Positions 55,646-64,000 of a stretch of 64,000 nt of DNA are shown here, in pieces. The notes under the pieces are model-generated. The model was not told where the DNA came from. It saw only the letters and a program-made list of their open reading frames with translations, and did not search any database. The stretch spans positions 2,240,001-2,304,000 of the forward strand of contig OY843751.1 in the NCBI GenBank assembly GCA_963693055.1. Reading direction: 5' to 3'. The translations under genes were made by a program, and so were the position numbers. The DNA comes from a bacterium. GTDB lineage: Bacteria; Zhuqueibacterota; Zhuqueibacteria; Residuimicrobiales; Krinioviventaceae. Numbering within the stretch: position 1 is the first letter of the stretch; each line of letters starts with the position of its first letter.

Positions 55646-57136
55646 TTATCTTCGTGAAAGGCGAATACCATAATAGATAATAACCGAGATGATTATCAGT
55701 ATAAACAGGATGATGATTAAAGAACCTGCTGTATTTGATTTCGCTTCTACCTGTACAATAACGGTTTTCTCTTCGCCATATACAGGACGGTTGTCAGATA
55801 AGGACGTGGATTTAATCCTGAATTCATAACGTCCTGTACTAATGTCCTGCGGTGGCGTTAGAGTGATTAGTGTCTGTTTTTCTTTACCAATTTCCAGAGA
55901 TGGCGTCAATTCTGGGTCTATATGTTTTTCCCATTTCATGGGTGTATCAGCTTCAACTTTGATATTATCAAGACGACGTGAACCTTCATTGATCAGTTCT
56001 ATATTAAATGAAACCTGTTCGTTGGGACGAATGGAGAAATAGAGCATGGGCGCACGCACCAGGAGCTTACCCACCCCGCGGGGTACCAGTTCTAAACGAA
56101 CATAGCCAATGTTCAGTGTATCCAGTTCTTTATCACTCCAGATTTTTTCAGAATTATTAAATTCACTAATCAGGTTACGAGGTACTGCAAGCACATAAAA
56201 GGGGATTGCCTGATCAATAGCAATTTCATCTGATGGACGGTCAGGCATAAAGACCTGTAATGCTGCTTGCCGGGTATTTGTACTTTCGGTAAATTTGAAC
56301 TGGCTTAATCTAGCCTGGCTTGCAGGATCCATGAAATAATGGTTAATCTGTTTTGGCAGATTTACTACCAAAAGTTTAAACGTATTGTTAACCGCACTGA
56401 ACAATTCCAGGGTCAGATCGAGAGATGCTGACTCGCCAAGTTCAACTTCTTGAGAGAATTGCTCTGATTGAACAATGACCTTGTTTTCGGATTCATCTTT
56501 TTGTAAAAAGATTTTAGGACTTCGCTGGCTCCCGTTACTGTACAAGAGGTTTACAGTAACCGCATCTACATCCTGAAGTAAGCCAAAGTCCAGTGTAATG
56601 GGTTTACCGTAAAAAAGTTGTTCAATTTTAGCTTCATAAGGTTGACTGATGATGGCATTGTCGTCATTCAAGAGTGAAACATAAACGTCATGTACCGTTT
56701 CCGGTTGCAGTGCATTATAAAGATCATCATCAATATTTAGCAGTTTTTTAAACTCGGCTGTACCTCCAGATGTATTTGCCAATGTGATTTTGACTCGTTT
56801 TTGTCCGGTTTTGGATTGATACTTTACTGCATTTTTTACACCTACATACTGATTTTCAAACAGGACGGCCAACAGGGATTGCTGATAATTAACTTCAGCA
56901 TCTGTCATCATGTTTCTTGCATTGTCCATTTCCTGTTGCGATGTAAGCCCATTGTCAAACATGTCTTTGATTCTCTCGAACCGTTTTTTTGACATGTCAT
57001 ATGCTTCCTTGGCCCGTTTTAATCCTAACAGCGTATATTGATCATCCCGTTGATTAAAATATGTTCCGGTTTGACTGAACGCGAGCGAGTACAGGATAAA
57101 GACGATTGAAAAGTATTTTAATAGCTGATTCTGCAT
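55646..57136 (-). CDS. membrane-anchored NEW3/Ig-like domain protein with N-terminal helical hairpin
   Basis: Signal peptide; 'AYDMSKKRFERIKDMFDNGLTSQQEMDNA' resembles HlyD/TolC hairpins; 'NEGSRRLDNI...P..W...LEIG...LTPP.DIS.G.Y'; C-terminal TM. Confidence 0.7.
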   Translation of the reverse strand: MQNQLLKYFSIVFILYSLAFSQTGTYFNQRDDQYTLLGLKRAKEAYDMSKKRFERIKDMFDNGLTSQQEMDNARNMMTDAEVNYQQSLLAVLFENQYVGVKNAVKYQSKTGQKRVKITLANTSGGTAEFKKLLNIDDDLYNALQPETVHDVYVSLLNDDNAIISQPYEAKIEQLFYGKPITLDFGLLQDVDAVTVNLLYSNGSQRSPKIFLQKDESENKVIVQSEQFSQEVELGESASLDLTLELFSAVNNTFKLLVVNLPKQINHYFMDPASQARLSQFKFTESTNTRQAALQVFMPDRPSDEIAIDQAIPFYVLAVPRNLISEFNNSEKIWSDKELDTLNIGYVRLELVPRGVGKLLVRAPMLYFSIRPNEQVSFNIELINEGSRRLDNIKVEADTPMKWEKHIDPELTPSLEIGKEKQTLITLTPPQDISTGRYEFRIKSTSLSDNRPVYGEEKTVIVQVEAKSNTAGSLIIILFILIIISVIIYYGIRLSRR

Positions 57137-57147
57137 TGAACATCTCG

Positions 57148-57909
57148 TTATTTTTTGATAATGATATTGTCTTTGATTTCCGGTTTAATAAAAGTGACCT
57201 TAACAGTTTTATCTTTATTTTTAAATAATAAAGTGGTTTTCTCTCCAATTTTTATTTTAGAATAGAGTGCGTCAAAATCCATCTTGTTGTTAACAGGATT
57301 ATCATTAATGGACAGCAATTGACTGCCGGGTTCTATCTTTGTTTTACCAAGAATAGTATGCGCATGTGGCAGAACATCAAATACTGTCAGGGTATTGTTG
57401 TTTTCTTCCAATACCAGTCCTTCTCCTGCAAGGATAATGAGATTTTCTGCACCCTTGAGTACAACTTGTTCATCATCGCTCATATCATCATCAGGCATTT
57501 TATCTTGAATTATCATCACGCGTTTTCCATCCTGGGCCTCTAAATCCATTTTTTTGAATGCAATCATGAGCATTTGTCCATCTCGTTGTATTCCCATTTT
57601 TACATCTGATCCCGGATCCAGTGAATCATAAAGTTTATTAACATCATATGCACTTTTTACTCTTTTTTTGTTTACCATCAATATTGTATCAGCCTCTTGA
57701 AGTTCGATTTCACGATATGCTTCAGGGCGGGTTTCTTCCGGTAATAGATTTGCAATTTTGACAATGTTGTTCTCACCTGATAGCACCATCCCTAATTCTG
57801 ATATTATAAAAATATCATCACCGCTAATTTCAATCTTTTTCATATGTACCTGAGCAAATGCGGTAGTAAATAGCAACAGAATAAACAGAGATTCAATTGT
57901 TCTTTTCAT
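57148..57909 (-). CDS. periplasmic tandem PDZ-like domain protein
   Basis: Signal peptide; two PDZ-like units ('LQEADTILMVN', 'IEPGSQLLSIND'). Confidence 0.7.
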   Translation of the reverse strand: MKRTIESLFILLLFTTAFAQVHMKKIEISGDDIFIISELGMVLSGENNIVKIANLLPEETRPEAYREIELQEADTILMVNKKRVKSAYDVNKLYDSLDPGSDVKMGIQRDGQMLMIAFKKMDLEAQDGKRVMIIQDKMPDDDMSDDEQVVLKGAENLIILAGEGLVLEENNNTLTVFDVLPHAHTILGKTKIEPGSQLLSINDNPVNNKMDFDALYSKIKIGEKTTLLFKNKDKTVKVTFIKPEIKDNIIIKK

Positions 57910-57970
57910 TTTTTCTCCAATCTTTTCTTATATTTTGTACGCTAAATATAAGTAATTGTTTTTATTGACT

Positions 57971-58010
57971 ATAGTTAAATAGTGTTATAAAGTGTTAAAA
58001 AGTGTTAAAA
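57971..58010. promoter_or_regulatory. four tandem 10-bp repeats, probable OmpR/PhoB-type operator
   Basis: ATAGTTAAAT AGTGTTATAA AGTGTTAAAA AGTGTTAAAA between divergent operons. Confidence 0.7.
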
Positions 58011-58048
58011 TTCGTGTTTTTTTGATCAATTTGTGTTATGTTTAACTC

Positions 58049-59689
58049 ATGAATAATAAGCATATACAAATTGGGATCTTTGCTCTCATCATACTGTCTT
58101 TTATTGGATTGGCTGGATTACAGCTTTATTTGTACAATCATAATAAAGATCTGGAAAAGCAGTCTTTTGATAACATTGTGGAAAATACACTCGGTCAAAT
58201 TGTAAAAAAGATAGAAGCTTTGGATATAGCTGGTAATATAATTCAAATGACACATAACGATTCAACATATCACAAAATTATCCAAATCGATTCCTGTGAT
58301 ACCATGATTACCCGCATTCAACAGATGAATGGTGTGGTAGATACAACAGTAAAGATGCACATTGTATCCGCATACGATTCAATTGATACCCTTGTTGATC
58401 CCCAGGGAGGGAATGCTGCAAGTGCATTTGTTTATAAATTTGAAAAATCCATTTTAGACAGCACAATGATTCTAGACCATGACAGTATGAACGTAATGAT
58501 AAAAATTGCGTCGGATGGGAATGATAGCCATATCAATGCGAATGTGGATCTGACTGATCGCAAGTTAATGATTGAAAAAGTTGTGAATGATTTGACTCTT
58601 TTAAGATCCAAACCAGTTATGCAAAGAATACAACCTGCTGTTCTGGATTCAATAATAACAATTACGTTGACTCAAAATGCGCTTGATCTCAATTATTCAT
58701 TCGCCATATTAGATACCCGAATCGATTCTCTGTTATATACCAGTCCTGGTTATCAATCCAATTATATAACCCGTGCATATAAAAAACAGCTTTTCCCCAA
58801 TGATCTGTTACCTGTTCCTGTGCAGTTGTGTGTGTATTTCCCAACCCAGGGTTCTTTTTTATTCAAGCGTTCTGGCACATGGATACTATTAACATTGTTT
58901 TTTATTCTTGTACTTGTATCCAGTTTTGTTTATTTGTCTGGTCTACTATTGAGGCAGAAACAATTTTTTAATCATATTGTTAATTTTATAAACAATATGA
59001 CTCACGAGTTTAAAACTCCCGTCTCAACGCTGTCATTGGTTGGAGAAGCGCTAAAAAGCCCGGATATTATTGGTAATCATGAAAAATTATTGCGCTACAG
59101 TCAGGTTATTGATGATGAAACAATACGCATGCGAAACCAGGTTGAAAAAATATTGCAAATGGCAGCTTTGGAAAGTGGTCAGGTTGAGTTAAGTAATGAG
59201 AGTGTATCTGTTCATCTATTATTGATAAAGTTGATGAAAAGGTACCAATTCTTGCAGGAGAAAGGCAAGCTGACTTGTCAAATTAAACTAGATGCAATTC
59301 GTGAAATTGTACTTGCAGATCCTGTTCATTTAATGAATGTTTTTGATAATCTGGTAGATAATGCCATCAAATACAATCTCAATACTCCCAATATTCTTGT
59401 TACCACACAAAATGATCAAAGTAGAATTGTTATAATATTTCAGGACAATGGAATTGGAATTTCTGCTCAAGATCAAAAGTTGATTTTTAATACCTATTAC
59501 CGTGTACCAACTGGCAACGTACATGATGTTAAGGGATTTGGATTGGGATTGAGTTATGTAAAGCGTATTGTAGAATTGCTACACGGTGAGATAGATGTCA
59601 AGAGTCAGATAGGCAAAGGCTCTCTTTTTCAAATCTTTTTGCCATTACAGTCAGATAAAATACCGGAAAGATATGACAAAAAAGATTAA
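58049..59689 (+). CDS. sensor histidine kinase
   Basis: Two TM helices; H-box 'NNMTHEFKTP', 'NLVDNAIKY', 'DNGIGI', 'GFGLGL'. Confidence 0.95.
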   Translation: MNNKHIQIGIFALIILSFIGLAGLQLYLYNHNKDLEKQSFDNIVENTLGQIVKKIEALDIAGNIIQMTHNDSTYHKIIQIDSCDTMITRIQQMNGVVDTTVKMHIVSAYDSIDTLVDPQGGNAASAFVYKFEKSILDSTMILDHDSMNVMIKIASDGNDSHINANVDLTDRKLMIEKVVNDLTLLRSKPVMQRIQPAVLDSIITITLTQNALDLNYSFAILDTRIDSLLYTSPGYQSNYITRAYKKQLFPNDLLPVPVQLCVYFPTQGSFLFKRSGTWILLTLFFILVLVSSFVYLSGLLLRQKQFFNHIVNFINNMTHEFKTPVSTLSLVGEALKSPDIIGNHEKLLRYSQVIDDETIRMRNQVEKILQMAALESGQVELSNESVSVHLLLIKLMKRYQFLQEKGKLTCQIKLDAIREIVLADPVHLMNVFDNLVDNAIKYNLNTPNILVTTQNDQSRIVIIFQDNGIGISAQDQKLIFNTYYRVPTGNVHDVKGFGLGLSYVKRIVELLHGEIDVKSQIGKGSLFQIFLPLQSDKIPERYDKKD

Positions 59690-60380
59690 AATACTAATTG
59701 TTGAAGATGATCCCAATTTAGGCTTTATATTGCAGGAATCTCTTGAAGCTCAAGGATATGAAATAATACGTTGTGAAAATGGCGCACAAGCGCATGAAGC
59801 TTTTTTCAAGAATACATTTGATCTCTGTCTGGTTGATATTATGCTCCCCAAAATGGATGGATTTAGTTTGGCAAAAGAGATCCGTAATGTTGACAGTAAA
59901 GTCCCAATTATTTTTCTGACTGCAAAATCACTCAAAGAAGACAAAATCGAAGGATTTAAAATTGGTGCAGATGATTATGTTACCAAACCTTTTAGTATGG
60001 AAGAACTACAATTACGGATATCAGCCGTATTACGACGAACGCAAAATATGAGTGACGATTCCAAAGAAACCATTTTCACAATTGGTAAATATACATTTTA
60101 CTATTCTGAACAGATATTGAAATACCGCAGAAAATCTCTCAAACTTACTTTAAAAGAGTCCGAACTTTTATATTTATTATGCAAACATCGCGATAAATAT
60201 CTGGCTCGTGAACTTGCTTTGCAATATATCTGGAATGATGAAAGTTATTTTTCGGGGCGCAGTATGGATGTTTATATTACCAAACTGCGAAAATATCTAC
60301 AGGAAGATGATCGCATTGAAATCCGAAATCTGCATGGTAAAGGATTCAGGCTGATTGTTCCTGATAGCACAACACATTGA
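59673..60380 (+). CDS. OmpR-family response regulator
   Basis: 'ILIVEDD', 'DIMLPKMDG', 'GADDYVTKPF', wHTH 'RSMDVYITKLRK'. Confidence 0.95.
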   Translation: MTKKIKILIVEDDPNLGFILQESLEAQGYEIIRCENGAQAHEAFFKNTFDLCLVDIMLPKMDGFSLAKEIRNVDSKVPIIFLTAKSLKEDKIEGFKIGADDYVTKPFSMEELQLRISAVLRRTQNMSDDSKETIFTIGKYTFYYSEQILKYRRKSLKLTLKESELLYLLCKHRDKYLARELALQYIWNDESYFSGRSMDVYITKLRKYLQEDDRIEIRNLHGKGFRLIVPDSTTH

Positions 60381-60419
60381 TCAAACTCTGAAAAAAGTTT
60401 CAAAAATTTCATACTCTCC

Positions 60420-61763
60420 TTGCAAATTGACTCAAAATTTATTAACATATTTTCAACTCATTTTTCAAAAAAATATCAGGGAAATGTAATGAATATTGAT
60501 CCGCATGAATTTGAATTAATCATCAAAAAACTTTATACAAACCCCAGCGATCAGCTGCTACAATACAAGAGATATAACAAGCTTGTAATGGAATATCACG
60601 AAACTTTTACTGAAACGGATATTCATATTTTCAGCACACCGGGCCGGACAGAAGTGGGAGGAAACCATACCGATCATAATAATGGGCGGGTTCTGGCAGC
60701 ATCGGTAAATCTCGATTCTATAGCTGTTGCTGCGTCAAATAATAGTTCAACCGTTACCTTGCATTCAAAAGGTTATGAAAAGCCCTTTATTGTTGATCTG
60801 GCTTCTCTTGATAAAGTGGAAAACGAGTCTGGGACCACCCAGTCTTTGATTCGTGGAATTGCTGCCCGAATACATCAGCTCGGATTTGATATTGGCGGAT
60901 TTAATGCATGCATAACCAGTGATGTGTTACCCGGTTCAGGATTAAGCTCTTCTGCATCTATTGAAGTATTGATTAGCAGCATCTTTAATGCACTTTTTAA
61001 TAATGATGAAATTGCTGCAGATGTTTTGGCGAAAATTGGCCAATGGGCTGAAAATAATTATTTTGACAAACCCTGTGGTTTAATGGACCAGACAGCCTGT
61101 GCGGTTGGAGGTTTTGTTACCATTGACTTTCAAAATCCACAAAAACCTGTTATTGAAAAAGTTGATTTTGATTTCAGCGCCCAAAGCTACAGTTTAATTG
61201 TTGTAGATACAGGTGGTAGTCATGCTGATCTTACAGACGATTACGCAGCAGTACCAGCAGAAATGAAAGCCGCGGCCCGTGAGTTGGGTGTGGGATGCTG
61301 TCGTGAAACAAATCTTGAAACTTTGATCAATAATATTGCAAATATGCGTAACACAGTTGGAGACAGGGCCATTTTACGTGCTTTTCATTTTTTGCAAGAA
61401 AATGAGCGAGTTGTTCATCAGGTGCATGCATTAAAGAATGGTGAATTTCAGAAATTTCTGTCTTTGATTCGTGAATCTGGTAATTCTTCATATAAATGGC
61501 TGCAGAATATTTATACATCCAAATCTCCTGAGCAAGGTGTTGCATTAGCACTTGCATTGACTGAATATTTTATTGGTACGATAGGAGAAGGTGCAAGCCG
61601 AGTTCATGGCGGAGGATTCTCCGGCACTATTCAGGCTTTTTTGCCAAATAATGCTGTTGATAAATATATAAAGCTTATATCTAGTGTATTTGGGCATAAC
61701 AGTGTTTATCCTTTGTCTATACGTCCGTATGGAACAGTGCATTTGGATAATTTTGTTGAATAA
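60420..61763 (+). CDS. galK: galactokinase-family (GHMP) sugar kinase (start possibly 60489)
   Basis: 'PGRTEVGGNHTDHN', 'PGSGLSSSA', 'CGLMDQ', 'RVHGGGFSG'. Confidence 0.88.
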   Translation: MQIDSKFINIFSTHFSKKYQGNVMNIDPHEFELIIKKLYTNPSDQLLQYKRYNKLVMEYHETFTETDIHIFSTPGRTEVGGNHTDHNNGRVLAASVNLDSIAVAASNNSSTVTLHSKGYEKPFIVDLASLDKVENESGTTQSLIRGIAARIHQLGFDIGGFNACITSDVLPGSGLSSSASIEVLISSIFNALFNNDEIAADVLAKIGQWAENNYFDKPCGLMDQTACAVGGFVTIDFQNPQKPVIEKVDFDFSAQSYSLIVVDTGGSHADLTDDYAAVPAEMKAAARELGVGCCRETNLETLINNIANMRNTVGDRAILRAFHFLQENERVVHQVHALKNGEFQKFLSLIRESGNSSYKWLQNIYTSKSPEQGVALALALTEYFIGTIGEGASRVHGGGFSGTIQAFLPNNAVDKYIKLISSVFGHNSVYPLSIRPYGTVHLDNFVE

Positions 61764-61781
61764 TACAAAGGAAATGTAGGG

Positions 61782-63236
61782 CTGAAACGACGTCAATTTT
61801 TAAAAATATTGGGTACTGCAGCTGCAGTAGGGCTTGCTGGCTGCTCGTACAAAAAGCAAAAACCCAATTTTGTTTTCATTCTTGTGGATGATTTGGGTTA
61901 TAATGATATTGGCGCCTATAATCCTGATACATTTTATGAAACACCAAATATTAACAAGCTTGCACAAAATGGTGTACGTTTTACAGATGGGTATGCTGCC
62001 AATCCGGTGTGCAGTCCTACCCGTTACAGTATTATGACAGGTAAATACCCTAGCAGAGTAGATGCTACAAACTGGTTTTCGGGCAAGCGTTCGGGCAAAT
62101 TTATGGGCGCACCCCTGAACGACAAAATGCCCCTTGAAGAAGTAACCATTGCCGAATCGTTAAAAGAACATGGATACAAAACAACATTTATCGGTAAATG
62201 GCACTTGGGAGAGAGCAAGGAACTTTGGCCGCAGGCGCAGGGATTTGATAAAAATATTGGAGGTTGGAAAAAAGGGTCTCCATCAAGCTATTTTTCTCCT
62301 TATAACAATCCCGTATTACCTGATGGGCCTGATGGCGAATATCTGACAGAACGTTTAACCAATGAAGCCTTAAATGTACTGGAGCATGCCGGTGACGATC
62401 CATTTTTTCTTTACCTGGCTTTTTACACGGTGCATATTCCTTTACAGGCAATACAGCATTTAATAGTCAAGTATGAGAAAAAAGCAGAATCCATCACAGG
62501 CCCTGAATTCGCAGAAGAAGAACAAATATGGCCAACAGAAGATAAACGTAAAGTGCGTATCTTACAAAAAAAACCGGTTTATGCCGCAATGGTTGAATAT
62601 ATGGATACCAGTGTGGGCCGGGTAGTAGACAAGCTTGCGGATTTGGGTTTGCATAAGAACACTGTTGTATGTTTCATGTCAGATAATGGCGGTCTGTCAA
62701 CTGCCGAAGGTTTACCAACTTCTAACCTGCCATTACGTGCCGGTAAAGGATGGCTGTATGAAGGGGGAATCCGTGAACCTTTTATAATCAATTGGCCCGA
62801 TGCAAAAAGAAATTCTCATGTGTGTAATTATCCTGTGATCAGTACTGATTTTTATCCTACAATCCTTGATATTGCGGGTATACCTTTATGCCCCGATCAG
62901 CATATGGATGGTTTGAGCCTGGTACCGTTACTGAATGGAGAGAAATCACTTGATCGCCAGAGTTTGTATTGGCATTATCCCCATTATAGTAATCAGGGAG
63001 GAATGCCGGGAGGGGCAATACGTGAAGGAAAGTACAAACTCATTGAAAGTCTGGAAGACGGTGGTGTCAAATTATTCGATTTGGATCTTGATATAGGAGA
63101 ACAAAATAATTTGGCTGAATCAATGCCGGATTTGGTCAAAGAAATGAGCGATCGTTTGCACAAGTGGTACAAAACTGTAGACGCCAAGTTTTTACAAGCA
63201 AAGCCCGGCGGCCCTCAACCCTGGCGACCAGAATAA
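61782..63236 (+). CDS. Tat-exported lipoprotein arylsulfatase (formylglycine-dependent); CTG start inferred
   Basis: 'KPNFVFILVDDLG', 'CSPTR', 'GKWHLG'; in-frame extension gives MKRRQFLKILGTAAAVGLAGC. Confidence 0.88.
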   Translation: MKRRQFLKILGTAAAVGLAGCSYKKQKPNFVFILVDDLGYNDIGAYNPDTFYETPNINKLAQNGVRFTDGYAANPVCSPTRYSIMTGKYPSRVDATNWFSGKRSGKFMGAPLNDKMPLEEVTIAESLKEHGYKTTFIGKWHLGESKELWPQAQGFDKNIGGWKKGSPSSYFSPYNNPVLPDGPDGEYLTERLTNEALNVLEHAGDDPFFLYLAFYTVHIPLQAIQHLIVKYEKKAESITGPEFAEEEQIWPTEDKRKVRILQKKPVYAAMVEYMDTSVGRVVDKLADLGLHKNTVVCFMSDNGGLSTAEGLPTSNLPLRAGKGWLYEGGIREPFIINWPDAKRNSHVCNYPVISTDFYPTILDIAGIPLCPDQHMDGLSLVPLLNGEKSLDRQSLYWHYPHYSNQGGMPGGAIREGKYKLIESLEDGGVKLFDLDLDIGEQNNLAESMPDLVKEMSDRLHKWYKTVDAKFLQAKPGGPQPWRPE

Positions 63237-63361
63237 AATAGTTATTTGTAATATCAAAAATCCTTTTAAATTAAGAAACTATTCATACAATACCGGAATC
63301 CTGATATTCATGTTTCTGTTGTAAATTATTATTATATAAATAAATTTTCAAGGAGAAGAAA

Positions 63362-64000
63362 ATGATAAATGTAACACTAGGCAAAACCGAATATTTTAAA
63401 GGTATAGATAAAATCCAGTATGAAGGCCCGGATTCTGATAATCCGTTGGCATTTAAATATTATGACGAAAACAAAATAGTTGCAGGTAAGACCATGAGTG
63501 AGCATTTCCGCTTTGCTATTGCTTATTGGCATACCTTCTGCGGAACAGGCGAAGATCCTTTTGGTCCTGGTCCCCAACCATTGCCCTGGCTAGAGGGTAG
63601 TGATGACATGACAATCGCGAAAAATAAACTCGATGCTGCTTTCGAATTTATAACCAAATTGGGTGCACCTTTTTATTGTTTTCATGATCGTGATCTGGCT
63701 CCCGAAGGAAGTAATGTTGCAGAATCTGAAAAGAATCTGAAGGAACTGGTTCGTCTTGCCAAAGCTAAACAGCAGGAATCTGGTGTGAAATTGTTATGGG
63801 GAACCGCAAATGTGTTTAGTAACCCCCGTTATATGAACGGCGCTGCAACTAATCCTGATTTCCATGTTGTTACTCATGTGGCAGCACAGGTTAAAGCTGC
63901 TATGGAAGCGACTGTTGAACTTGGTGGTGATAATTATGTGTTCTGGGGCGGACGTGAAGGATATTTTACATTGCTCAATACTATGATGAAAAGAGAAGTA
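63362..64000 (+). CDS. xylA: xylose isomerase (class II), truncated by the window end
   Basis: Manual translation [22 protein letters not shown]...AYWHTFC...FYCFHDRD...LLWGTAN...[11 protein letters not shown]...FWGGREGY; AGGAG RBS; not in the ORF track because it has no stop in the window. Confidence 0.95.
   Translation, partial: MINVTLGKTEYFKGIDKIQYEGPDSDNPLAFKYYDENKIVAGKTMSEHFRFAIAYWHTFCGTGEDPFGPGPQPLPWLEGSDDMTIAKNKLDAAFEFITKLGAPFYCFHDRDLAPEGSNVAESEKNLKELVRLAKAKQQESGVKLLWGTANVFSNPRYMNGAATNPDFHVVTHVAAQVKAAMEATVELGGDNYVFWGGREGYFTLLNTMMKREV

Noticed and set aside
57971-58010. Tandem repeats considered as a CRISPR array or VNTR
   Set aside because: 10-bp units without spacers and no cas genes; better explained as a regulator-binding site.
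60420-63236. galK and the sulfatase are in the same frame separated by one TAA (possible readthrough fusion)
   Set aside because: The sulfatase has its own RBS and an N-terminal export signal, and a fusion to a cytoplasmic kinase makes little sense.
63377-63577. Minus-strand 66-aa ORF at the window end
   Set aside because: Antisense to the clear xylA reading frame starting at 63362.
1-64000. rRNA, tRNA, CRISPR arrays, prophage or anti-phage defence genes
   Set aside because: None recognised by eye; a covariance-model or HMM scan could still find small RNAs I cannot see.

Overview
AT-rich bacterial DNA, probably from an FCB-superphylum organism (KSB1/Calditrichota/Ignavibacteria-like, inferred from secreted proteins ending in 'QNYPNPFN...KKM.L.K' sorting domains). 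Layout: (1) 1-8.9 kb is an accessory block with small basic proteins, an RRM RNA-binding protein, SPFH, SlyD, a B12 radical SAM enzyme and a GT4-fusion/GH130 pair. It ends in a tyrosine-recombinase remnant cut by an IS3-family element (8994-10397). (2) 10.6-50.2 kb is a large polysaccharide-utilisation locus with no SusD: two paralogous TonB-dependent receptors, three CTD-bearing secreted proteins, two GH28s, PL22-like, GH20-like, GH2 and unclassified enzymes, an SSS transporter, a URO-D-like protein, araD/araA and a membrane-anchored regulator. (3) 50-60 kb holds a minus-strand PDZ/NEW3/ABC operon divergent from an OmpR-type two-component system. (4) The window ends with galK, a Tat-lipoprotein sulfatase and xylA (partial). 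The most notable observation is a 1873-bp unit at 24853-26725. It encodes only two paralogous DUF1670-type proteins, is bounded by 20-bp terminal inverted repeats, is flanked on both sides by TAA, and sits exactly at the stop codon of a PUL gene. It looks like an insertion sequence with no recognisable transposase, and both proteins carry a motif spaced like tyrosine-recombinase box II. A 69-bp non-coding sequence shared by two PUL promoters is a second strong signal. All family calls are from manual motif recognition; no searches were run.
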